Source: a virus
Lineage: Duplodnaviria > Caudoviricetes
Direction: 5' to 3' (one strand)
IMG/VR virus record: IMGVR_UViG_3300042507_004106
Length of the DNA stretch: 64,000 nt
Part shown: positions 28,449 to 36,497 of the stretch, piece after piece
Layout of the letters: each line of letters starts with the position of its first letter
Numbering within the stretch: the first letter of the stretch is position 1
The notes under the pieces: model-generated
Seen by the model: only the letters and a program-made list of their open reading frames with translations
What the model was told of the DNA's origin: nothing
The model's database searches: none
Translations under genes and position numbers: made by a program

Positions 28449-28569
28449 TTTCACCGTTATTTAGTTCGGTGTATAAGCATTATACCTATAATCGGCGGAA
28501 TAATCAAGCCCCCTCCACAAATACCAATCCAGACTGGGCTTGCCGCAAGTGTCTCTACAATGTGAAAAA

Positions 28570-28767
28570 TCATCTTCCTCTCCAATTTTTATATTCAAAG
28601 TAAAAGTATTGGTCTACCTCATCTAAACCCGTTACAGGGGCATTTACACCCCACTCAGACCATTCTATGCAGAACTGTTTGATATCGTGGTTATGTGTAA
28701 TAGAGTGTCCATGCATTCTCACAAAGGCAGACATTGCGAATTGATATTTCTTATTGTGGGTAGGCAT
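28570..28767 (-). CDS. hypothetical protein
   Basis: 65 aa in a run of packed small ORFs. Confidence 0.55.
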   Translation of the reverse strand: MPTHNKKYQFAMSAFVRMHGHSITHNHDIKQFCIEWSEWGVNAPVTGLDEVDQYFYFEYKNWRGR

Positions 28768-28945
28768 TGTGAAGTCCCCAATTTAAGAAAACCGCTATGA
28801 GACCAAAAATAATGACTGCGTTGATAATTGTATTACTCATCTTCTTCGTCCTCATATGTAGATGGTTCTTCAAATAACTCATCTATCTTTTGTTGAAAAA
28901 CTCTTTGTTGCAATTCTTGAAAATCTTCTTCTGTAATCATCCCCA

Positions 28946-29152
28946 TCAGTTTAATGTAATTTTAAGAAACGGAAGTAAGGGCGGAATAACTCCTATCAAC
29001 CTCAAAAGTCCCTCAGCAAATAAAGCAAGAACCACCCAACCGACGCACATACTAATGATAGAAGCATTACGGTTGTGTCGTCGTATTGCAGCATCGATCA
29101 TCTCCTGCACTTCTGTACGAGTCACATAATCATCATCAAAAGGTTCCATCAT
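28946..29152 (-). CDS. small membrane protein
   Basis: Coiled N-terminus plus hydrophobic C-terminus. Confidence 0.6.
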   Translation of the reverse strand: MMEPFDDDYVTRTEVQEMIDAAIRRHNRNASIISMCVGWVVLALFAEGLLRLIGVIPPLLPFLKITLN

Positions 29153-29410
29153 TTTTCATCACCAAGAAACTTTGCAAGAGGATCTCTACGGGTTTTGACA
29201 ATTTCAACTGCTCTCTTGTAGAACATATTATTGGTGTTCCCAGAGGCTTCAAATGTTGCCTTGATCTTCACCCAATTATCGTAGGTGTGCTGATCCATAA
29301 GGTTTAGGTTGAATACTACTAGTTATACTAGTGAGTATTTCTACTATGTCAAGTTTGTGTTGATACAAAAATATAGATTAAGAAAATCTAAAACTTTGTA
29401 ATATTTGTAA

Positions 29411-29496
29411 CAGAGAGAGAGGGATTCGAACCCCCGGAGGCTATTAACCTCAAACGCTTTCAAGGCGTCCACTTTAAACCACTCAGTCATCTCTCC
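29411..29496 (-). tRNA. tRNA-Ser(UGA)
   Basis: GGAGAGA acceptor, GACGC-CT-TGA-AA-GCGTT arm, long variable arm. Confidence 0.92.
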
Positions 29497-29506
29497 AAAT
29501 AAGTCC

Positions 29507-29764
29507 TCAACGGACTTCAAAATCTAGGCGTCTTACTTTACGTTGGCGTCTTGCTTCCTGGAAGGCAAGGTCTTCGTTAGTAAGAACACCAGATTTTGTT
29601 TTATTATGATAAGAGTTTAGCATAACAATCTGAGATAAGTCAACTGCTGAAATCTTATCTCCGCGAATTGTCGCCATATTTGAACAACCGCAAGTCACAG
29701 TTTTCGTAGGATGCCCTTCTATCTCCTTACCACAGGAGCGGCATCTGATTCTTAAATTTTCCAT
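29507..29764 (-). CDS. zinc-ribbon protein
   Basis: CRSCG...CGC. Confidence 0.65.
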   Translation of the reverse strand: MENLRIRCRSCGKEIEGHPTKTVTCGCSNMATIRGDKISAVDLSQIVMLNSYHNKTKSGVLTNEDLAFQEARRQRKVRRLDFEVR

Positions 29765-29770
29765 TGTAAT

Positions 29771-30205
29771 TCATTCAGTAAAAGATCTTAACATCCAAAT
29801 AAACTTTCCATGAGACTCATTTAAATCATCAACAAGATTTGTAGTGCCTCTAGATTTTTGTACTTCTGCTTCTTCGGCAACTTGACCTAGAAGAGATACA
29901 ATTTGTTGATTACATTTAATCAAATCATTAACCATACCCATTGCATCTAAAGAACTATTTGCTTCTTCAACTTGAGAAACTTCAGTAATTCTTGTAAGAG
30001 TGCTAACTGGTTTAATCTTCAAATACCTCATATGTTCGGTGAGGCGGTCAATTTCTTCAAACATTGTTTCATATTGTTCGCCAAAAACTTTATGAAATTG
30101 ATAAAACTCAGAACCAACTACATTCCAATGATAAACCCAAGTCTTTTGAAAGAGAACAAAAAGACTTGCCTGAGTATCAGAGAGTAACTTATATAATTTT
30201 TCCAT
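29771..30205 (-). CDS. dps: Dps/ferritin-like protein
   Basis: YHWNVVG..F..FH..F.EQY...D..E ferroxidase pattern; ends WMLRS; late promoter upstream. Confidence 0.9.
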   Translation of the reverse strand: MEKLYKLLSDTQASLFVLFQKTWVYHWNVVGSEFYQFHKVFGEQYETMFEEIDRLTEHMRYLKIKPVSTLTRITEVSQVEEANSSLDAMGMVNDLIKCNQQIVSLLGQVAEEAEVQKSRGTTNLVDDLNESHGKFIWMLRSFTE

Positions 30206-30233
30206 TATACCAGTTTTTTAGGTATTTATAAAG

Positions 30234-30306
30234 TGGGCGAAGAGGGATTCGAACCCCCGGCATCCTCCGTGTAAAAGAGACGCTACTACCGCTGAGCTAT
30301 TCGCCC
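30234..30306 (-). tRNA. tRNA-Val(UAC)
   Basis: GGGCGAA/TTCGCCC acceptor, loop TTTACAC. Confidence 0.9.
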
Positions 30307-30467
30307 TAAAAAGTCAATATTGACTTAGAAGGTATTCTACAGTATTTGCTACATCATTCATAGCATCACGAAGATTTTCTCTTTGTCCAGATTCTTGTCT
30401 GATGATTGGTCGGTGGTCATCGGTCAAAGTCCAACGCCACTGATTCATATCCTTACAAAACCACAAA

Positions 30468-30626
30468 TTAATTTTCATTCTTAAAATATTCTAGTTCTAT
30501 CCAACGAAGAAGTGTATTATAAGCATATATAGATGCTTCTGTACAGTTGTCTTTTTTGAGTCGTTGAATATAATACTCAAGTGCCTCAATGACCATTTCG
30601 CGGTCTTTTTGGGAAATAAGAGACAT
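30468..30626 (-). CDS. small hypothetical protein
   Basis: Probable start MSLISQKD after GGAGG and the promoter at 30648-30676. Confidence 0.55.
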   Translation of the reverse strand: MSLISQKDREMVIEALEYYIQRLKKDNCTEASIYAYNTLLRWIELEYFKNEN

Positions 30627-30690
30627 AAACCTCCTAACTCGTTTCTTATTATAAGGCAAAAAGGGGGTTTCGTCAACCCCCATATCTATA

Positions 30691-31653
30691 TCAGTTTCCG
30701 ATACGCCCCACAGCAAGTCGTGCTCTATTAAGAATAGAACCACTCAGGGGAACATATCCAAGGTCATCGGCAATTGATTGTGCCTTAGAACTCAGAGCAT
30801 AATTGAGTGCTTTACGAATAGCATCAGCATTAGCACCATTACCAGTCTTATATGCAAGAACCCAAGTCAGAGTTGAAATTGGATATGCAGTTGCACCAAC
30901 AGGATTTGGATTTTCACCAGCAAGGTTTGCATCCAGTTTGATACCATTCAGAGCAGCAGAACCAGAAGCAGCAGTAGGAAGAACAAACTTACCTGCTTTA
31001 TTTTGAATTGCTGCTGCTTGGAGTTTGTTTGCTTTTACAAATCCAGTATTTACATAACCAATAGATCCAGAAGTTTGTCGGATACTACCAGAAACACCTT
31101 CATTACCTTTAGCACCAATACCAGTGGGCCACTTTACAGACTTACCTACACCTGCTTTCCATCCACCAAAAGCATCTAGAGAATTGGTAAATGCATAAGT
31201 AGTTCCAGAACCATCTGCACGATATACGGTGCGAATAGGTCCAGCAGCACATCCAAGTGCCTTCCAATCCTTAATGCGTCCAGCAAAAATATCTACAGTT
31301 TGCTTCTGGGTGAGTTTCAGAGTGCAACCAGGTTTGTTGTAAGCAACAGCAATCGTTCCACCCACCATAGGAATTTGAACGACACCACGCTTTACTTTGG
31401 CGGCGTCTGCTGCTGAGATTGGTTCATCACTTGCCCCGAAGTTAACTGTACCCGCAATGAATTGACGAACACCAGCACCAGAACCAACGGACTGATAATT
31501 AATCCTATTCCCAGTAGTTCGTGCATAATCTTGGAACCATCGTTGATAAATCGGAGCAGGGAAAGTAGCACCCGCACCATTAATAGTAGGTCCAGCAAGA
31601 GCAGCGACAGGAGCAGCAACTAGACCAACAGCAAAAATTTGTTTCAGTTTCAT
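30691..31653 (-). CDS. pstS: phosphate ABC transporter substrate-binding protein
   Basis: Signal peptide, GAGATFPAPIY, YQSVGSGAG, RADGSGTT, YPISTLTW. Confidence 0.96.
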   Translation of the reverse strand: MKLKQIFAVGLVAAPVAALAGPTINGAGATFPAPIYQRWFQDYARTTGNRINYQSVGSGAGVRQFIAGTVNFGASDEPISAADAAKVKRGVVQIPMVGGTIAVAYNKPGCTLKLTQKQTVDIFAGRIKDWKALGCAAGPIRTVYRADGSGTTYAFTNSLDAFGGWKAGVGKSVKWPTGIGAKGNEGVSGSIRQTSGSIGYVNTGFVKANKLQAAAIQNKAGKFVLPTAASGSAALNGIKLDANLAGENPNPVGATAYPISTLTWVLAYKTGNGANADAIRKALNYALSSKAQSIADDLGYVPLSGSILNRARLAVGRIGN

Positions 31654-31700
31654 AAAAAGTTTTTAGAAGTGAATTGACTTCGTAAGTAATAATACTGGAA

Positions 31701-31739
31701 GGAAACCTTAAAGTCCACTAAGGTTTGGTTAAGGTTTCC
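31701..31739 (-). promoter_or_regulatory. Pho-box-like repeat/inverted repeat upstream of pstS
   Basis: AAACCTTA repeated at 11-bp period inside an 11-bp perfect inverted repeat; TATTAT at 31689-31694. Confidence 0.55.
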
Positions 31740-31799
31740 ATTACCTAATAAAAAAGCACCCCAAAATAGAGTGCTTTAACTCAAGTTATGAGTGTGTTA

Positions 31800-33266
31800 T
31801 CAGAACTTGAAGATAGTCTGAATCACGCCACCCCAGTTAGAGGAATCATCAGCAAGACGCTGGTTGTCGCTTGCATAGAAGATTGCAGGAGTGATGCTGA
31901 TGTTATCAGACACTTGGTACTTGTAGAAGAATTCAAGCATTGTTGCTTTCTCCAGATCTTCACCAGTAGGTGCCTGTCCGATAGCAACACCAGCAGAGTT
32001 ACCATCAACAAACACATCTTCCCACTGAAGACCTGCGAACCAAGACTGACTATCGGTAGCAGCACTTTCAGTACCACTTACAGTATTCCAACCATAACCA
32101 CCAGAGATAGAAGGAACCCAACCAGACTGAGTAGGCTGCCAGTATGCGTTCACAGCATAACCGTTGGAAGTTTGACCAGGAACCAGAGTACCAGAAGCAC
32201 CATTCAGACCGTTGTAGGTACGAACACGAGTTCCTTCAGTACCATAACGATAACCGAAAGCAGCACCCCAGTTATCACCACGGTAACCAATCTGAGCAAG
32301 AGTATTCAGAGCACCAGACTCGTTGAATTCACCAGTTTCACTATTGCTACCATCTTGGGCAACATAGTTTACACCAGCAATCAGACCTTTCTTACCGTAC
32401 TGAACACCGAAACCAGAACCAGTTGCCTTGTTATAAACGCCAGGAGCACCAGCAACTTGGAAGAAGTCAAGAATGTTTGACTTATAAGCAGTAGGAACCC
32501 AGGACATTTCAGTGTTACGAACCAGAGCACCAGCAGTCAGAGTGGTGCTGTTGTTGAACACAGGGAATGAATAATACAGACGGTCAATAACTACAGTATT
32601 ACCCATATCTCCTTGAGTGTTGTCTGCCTTATCCAGTTTGAACAGTGAAGAACTGGAACCAAAAGGATTGCTGCTGAAGTTAGCAGAACGCAGACGAGTG
32701 CGGAGAAGATCTTTACCAGTGAATGAAGTATCCAGGTTCAGACGAAGATCGTAATTGAATGCAGTATTGCTTACATCACCACCTTTGGTTTTGTAATCAT
32801 CAACATTACCAATCACGAAGTTTGCTTCACCACGCAGTTTGGTGGTAGTGGAAAACTGTTGTGCTTCAAGTGTAGTAACTTGTGCTTCCAGTTTGTCCAC
32901 ACGACCACGAAGAACGGCGAGTTCTGCAGCAAATTCTGACTGAAGACGCTTGAGTTCATCAGTAACTTCAGTTACACGGTCAAGGCAAGCATTCAGAAGT
33001 GCTGCTGCCTCAAAACGGGTCATTGCACGACCACCACCAAAGGTTCCATTAGGATAACCAGCAACGCATCCATAACGCTCTACGAGGTTGCTGAGTGCCT
33101 GATATGCCCAATCGGTAGGACGAACATCAGAGAATTGAGTGACGCTAGTGACCTGCTCAGAAGAGTATTGGTTGACTGCTACCATATTGAGATCTGCAGC
33201 ATTCGCAGCAACAGGAGCAACCATTCCCAGAGCAACAGGTGCAAGCATCAGTTGTTTGAGTTTCAT
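31800..33266 (-). CDS. cyanobacterial SLH-domain outer-membrane porin (Som/OprB-like)
   Basis: Signal peptide, FSDVRPTDWAYQAL..YGCVAGYP SLH, coiled coil, FSTTTKLRG barrel start, terminal F. Confidence 0.93.
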   Translation of the reverse strand: MKLKQLMLAPVALGMVAPVAANAADLNMVAVNQYSSEQVTSVTQFSDVRPTDWAYQALSNLVERYGCVAGYPNGTFGGGRAMTRFEAAALLNACLDRVTEVTDELKRLQSEFAAELAVLRGRVDKLEAQVTTLEAQQFSTTTKLRGEANFVIGNVDDYKTKGGDVSNTAFNYDLRLNLDTSFTGKDLLRTRLRSANFSSNPFGSSSSLFKLDKADNTQGDMGNTVVIDRLYYSFPVFNNSTTLTAGALVRNTEMSWVPTAYKSNILDFFQVAGAPGVYNKATGSGFGVQYGKKGLIAGVNYVAQDGSNSETGEFNESGALNTLAQIGYRGDNWGAAFGYRYGTEGTRVRTYNGLNGASGTLVPGQTSNGYAVNAYWQPTQSGWVPSISGGYGWNTVSGTESAATDSQSWFAGLQWEDVFVDGNSAGVAIGQAPTGEDLEKATMLEFFYKYQVSDNISITPAIFYASDNQRLADDSSNWGGVIQTIFKF

Positions 33267-33326
33267 ATAGTTTGTTAAGAATTACAACTACAAGGTTTAT
33301 TTAGACGCCCCAGGAATTATGGAGCA

Positions 33327-33398
33327 AGCGGAAGACGAGATTCGAACTCGCAACAACCTGCTTGGAAGGCAGGGACTCTACCGTTGAGTTACTTCCGC
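33327..33398 (-). tRNA. tRNA-Gly(UCC)
   Basis: GCGGAAG/CTTCCGC, CCTGC-CT-TCC-AA-GCAGG. Confidence 0.93.
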
Positions 33399-33476
33399 AA
33401 GTGTGGGAGATTGCTCTCCCAACGCACTTCCTTCACACGGACTTAAGAAGTATAAGACGAAAATTAAGTTTCGTCA

Positions 33477-33549
33477 AGCCCCCGACAAGACTTGAACTTG
33501 CGACATCAGCTTTACAAAAGCTGCGCTCTACCAGCTGAGCTACAAGGGC
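33477..33549 (-). tRNA. tRNA-Thr(UGU)
   Basis: GCCCTTG acceptor, CAGCT-TT-TGT-AA-AGCTG. Confidence 0.92.
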
Positions 33550-33639
33550 GAAACAGGGGAGGCCATCCCCCTGACCTAGAAATATTCTAGGTTTTAGTTG
33601 GAAGGAGTGCTCTTGAGGTTATCGCAGGATCACTTCCAA

Positions 33640-33712
33640 CTCCCCCACCTGGACTCGAACCAGGAACCCCAGAGTTAACAGCTCCGTGCTCTGCCAATTG
33701 AGCTATAAGGGA
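33640..33712 (-). tRNA. tRNA-Asn(GUU)
   Basis: TCCCTTA acceptor, CGGAG-CT-GTT-AA-CTCTG. Confidence 0.93.
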
Positions 33713-33737
33713 ATGGTTTGGAGAATAAATCTCCAAG

Positions 33738-33811
33738 CGTCTTGGGAGGGACTCGAACCCCCGACCAACTCATTAGAAGTGAGTGGCTCTGTCCATCTGA
33801 GCTACCAAGAC
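33738..33811 (-). tRNA. tRNA-Arg(UCU)
   Basis: GTCTTGG/CCAAGAC, ACTCA-CT-TCT-AA-TGAGT. Confidence 0.93.
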
Positions 33812-33911
33812 ATAAAGTAGGTTCCTATCGCCGCCACTCCTGAACCTACCGAAGGGGAGTGTCGCAGTTGATCTCTCAACTCTGATATTATAAGGTCTCT
33901 TGTGCTTTAGG

Positions 33912-34100
33912 TCAAGCCTTTGCTTCCTTGCGAGCGTTCTTCTCTTCAGTGATCTCGGTTCTACGTGCCTTGACAAGTTTAGAAATCTCTTGAAGTGCTT
34001 TACGAGCACGGGTTCCTGCTGCACTATTACCAGCAGCAAATTTTTCATCTTCTACTTTCCACGCTTCAACAGCATTCAGTAGTTCTTCTGATACGGACAT
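33912..34100 (-). CDS. small basic helical protein, histone H1-like Hc1-type
   Basis: GNSAAGTRARKALQEISKLVKARRTEI. Confidence 0.7.
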   Translation of the reverse strand: MSVSEELLNAVEAWKVEDEKFAAGNSAAGTRARKALQEISKLVKARRTEITEEKNARKEAKA

Positions 34101-34139
34101 AATAATCTCCAAAAAATAAGATATGTTTATATAGTAAAG

Positions 34140-34586
34140 TTAGTTACAATCTTCAATCCAAGGAGCACAAATTCTCATTGGTGGTGCGAGTGCCTTACAT
34201 TCGTCAGTATAGCATAAAGTCTCATCATTTTTTTCTTCTATGTATCTTGGTTGATACTTTTTGTCTGCTTCCTTAATAATCCTATCGTATTCTGGTGTTA
34301 CATCACGAATTGCCCTATCAACATCTCTTTCAACTCTACGATTTATTTTATCTGGATCATTAATTATCAAATCATTAATGATCGTTTGTGGGAAAAATTC
34401 TCTCTGAATTTGATCCAACAAATCCCAAAGTGTATTTTCTGATATCTTAGTGCATTGTGAGAGTGCTGCAATAAGAGTTGATAATACAATACCTACAATT
34501 ATAAGTTGTTTTTTTGACCTTTTATTACCGAAATTAAATTTGAACATAAGAAAGGGGAGTTCTGCAGCACTCCCCTTATGTATCAA
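34140..34586 (-). CDS. hypothetical protein with N-terminal hydrophobic segment
   Basis: IIVGIVLSTLIAALSQC; Cys-rich C-terminus. Confidence 0.6.
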   Translation of the reverse strand: MIHKGSAAELPFLMFKFNFGNKRSKKQLIIVGIVLSTLIAALSQCTKISENTLWDLLDQIQREFFPQTIINDLIINDPDKINRRVERDVDRAIRDVTPEYDRIIKEADKKYQPRYIEEKNDETLCYTDECKALAPPMRICAPWIEDCN

Positions 34587-35251
34587 ACTTCTACCGTGAT
34601 CAGTCGGTTAGCATAATCATGAGCATACGAAGTGCGAGCACCATGATGCCCCCAACCAATCCAACTATACGCATAGTCCATGTAACGATTGATAGACTTA
34701 CCAGGAGTCTTCATTCGATCTTCAATCTGTTTCCATTGAACCTCATTCGTAAGATAACGAAGTTGCGTGTGAAGAGATGATGGAGAACCACCAAACTTCT
34801 TAGCAAAATCACCCAATCCATAATAACGGTTGGCAGATGTCCATTGAATCAGTCCGTAACCGCCACCGCAGTTACTCCAACTGGTTCTGCTACCACCTTC
34901 GCAAATGTTAGGAACAAAAGTTGATTCCTGACGAATATTGCCCATGATGGTAGCAAGGGCGTTTTTGTCTTTAATACCACGCTCCTGGAAAAACGCCAGG
35001 GTAGCATTTTCATGTTCATTACACCCTTTACAAATTAGCCTTTTCTCTTTTGGCTTTGGTAGTGCAACCTCGCGGATTGCTGTCTTCTTTTCATCTACAA
35101 GATCAAACTCTTTGATAATAGCAAATGGTTTGGTTGTTGGTTCCACTGGTGGTGGAGGTCCTTGCATCTTGTAGTTGACGAATGGCAGTGATGCCGTACT
35201 GGTTGTAACCGTTGCCACGAGAGGCAGGGCTACTGTAAAGAAATTTTGCAT
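34583..35251 (-). CDS. phage tail lysozyme-like cell-wall hydrolase
   Basis: ALATIMGNIRQES...GYGLIQWT...QLRYL; signal-like N-terminus. Confidence 0.8.
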   Translation of the reverse strand: MQNFFTVALPLVATVTTSTASLPFVNYKMQGPPPPVEPTTKPFAIIKEFDLVDEKKTAIREVALPKPKEKRLICKGCNEHENATLAFFQERGIKDKNALATIMGNIRQESTFVPNICEGGSRTSWSNCGGGYGLIQWTSANRYYGLGDFAKKFGGSPSSLHTQLRYLTNEVQWKQIEDRMKTPGKSINRYMDYAYSWIGWGHHGARTSYAHDYANRLITVEV

Positions 35252-35458
35252 TAATTTTAATTGAACTCTACATCCGTATAGGAAAAGCGCACTTCCCCGT
35301 CTCAGGGGCAGATCCCACGGCTCTAAATCAAAGTCAAAGACTCATAAAAAAGACCCTGCTCATAACAGGGATTTCTACATAATAAGTTAATATTTAGTAA
35401 AAGTCAAGTAGTCCAATTTTCAAAGTGGCACATAAATATAAAGTATACTAATACTAAA

Positions 35459-35650
35459 ATGCCAAGGGAATGGAATACTCCCAAAAGGGAACCTTGGAAT
35501 GCACCAATACATAATATACTTAAAGCAGTAGATAACCACACTCAAGAATACTTCAAGAGTGGCGATACTTGGCATCTACAAAAAGCAGATATGCTAAGAA
35601 AATATCTACATGAACTTAAAACTTGGATTCATCATCAAGAAGAAAGATGA
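35459..35650 (+). CDS. hypothetical protein
   Basis: 63 aa, CATAAATA late-type promoter at 35431-35438. Confidence 0.65.
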   Translation: MPREWNTPKREPWNAPIHNILKAVDNHTQEYFKSGDTWHLQKADMLRKYLHELKTWIHHQEER

Positions 35651-35886
35651 AAATTAATCTCACAAAACTTATTTTTATTGTATGCTTTGCATCGATTAGT
35701 TTTGTTGGGATAAATTTCGTTGCATGTAATTTTATGATTCCAGGAACAATTAATACGGAAAACGTAAACGGCAGACTAAAAAATCCCCCTCCTTTAGATT
35801 GCAAAGAATCTGAAAGAAGAGGGTATGAAATTCTATTATCAATCTTAACTACAGTAATTGCATTGAGAACTAAACTAGAAGATTAG
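35647..35886 (+). CDS. two-TM membrane protein, holin/antiholin candidate
   Basis: ATGA overlap with 35459..35650; hydrophobic N and C segments; function is inference. Confidence 0.5.
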   Translation: MKINLTKLIFIVCFASISFVGINFVACNFMIPGTINTENVNGRLKNPPPLDCKESERRGYEILLSILTTVIALRTKLED

Positions 35887-36497
35887 GAGTTCCAGATCTT
35901 ACCTTCTGCCTTTCTTCTTCTAAGTAATCCTGCCTCTACACTAGAACCAGGATTACGGTAGAGTTCTAATGCTTTTGGAACTTCGTTCCATTTCTTTTCT
36001 TTAAGAACTTTAGTTATAGTATTAAAATTGGAAGACCCGTAAAAACCAGCACCAAGATTATAAGCAAAAGAAAGAAGTGCTCCTTGTTGATTTTCATTCA
36101 TTTCATTCCAATAGGGGATTTTTTGTAGAGAAGGAAGAAACTCACGACGAAGTTGGAAATACAATAGATCATCTGCTTCTTCTTGAGTAATAGTATTTCC
36201 AATTAAGAACCTAGTACCATCTTTTCTACGAGTACTTCCCCATCCAATCGTAATCGGAAGTCCTCCAGTCAGAGGATCATAATACGCCTTCAAGTGGCAT
36301 CCTTCAAACTCCTTGATTAAATCCACTCCTGGAAGTGGGAGACCATCAAGAGTTGGTTCTACTTTTTGATTACGATATCTTCTAGCAAACTCATCAAGAA
36401 TTTCTTTATGCACAGATGCCTGAAGAAAATTCCAGGCATCGTTTTGATGTGGAAGATCTTTGTAATTTTTTACTGCATCAATAAATTTAATACTCAT
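35883..36497 (-). CDS. endolysin, GH24 lysozyme
   Basis: IKEFEG..LKAYYD..TIGWG, SFAYNLG, GLLRRRKAE. Confidence 0.92.
   Translation of the reverse strand: MSIKFIDAVKNYKDLPHQNDAWNFLQASVHKEILDEFARRYRNQKVEPTLDGLPLPGVDLIKEFEGCHLKAYYDPLTGGLPITIGWGSTRRKDGTRFLIGNTITQEEADDLLYFQLRREFLPSLQKIPYWNEMNENQQGALLSFAYNLGAGFYGSSNFNTITKVLKEKKWNEVPKALELYRNPGSSVEAGLLRRRKAEGKIWNS

Noticed and set aside
31788-32480. 230-aa plus-strand ORF opposite the porin, and similar antisense ORFs opposite psbA, nrdA, gp43 and 5656..6000
   Set aside because: Shadow frames of biased-codon genes with no motifs
33550-33881. HDV-like theta ribozyme or fluoride riboswitch in the tRNA spacers
   Set aside because: No P3/L3/P1.1 nested topology; fluoride-like words are in the wrong order; kept only as unassigned RNAs
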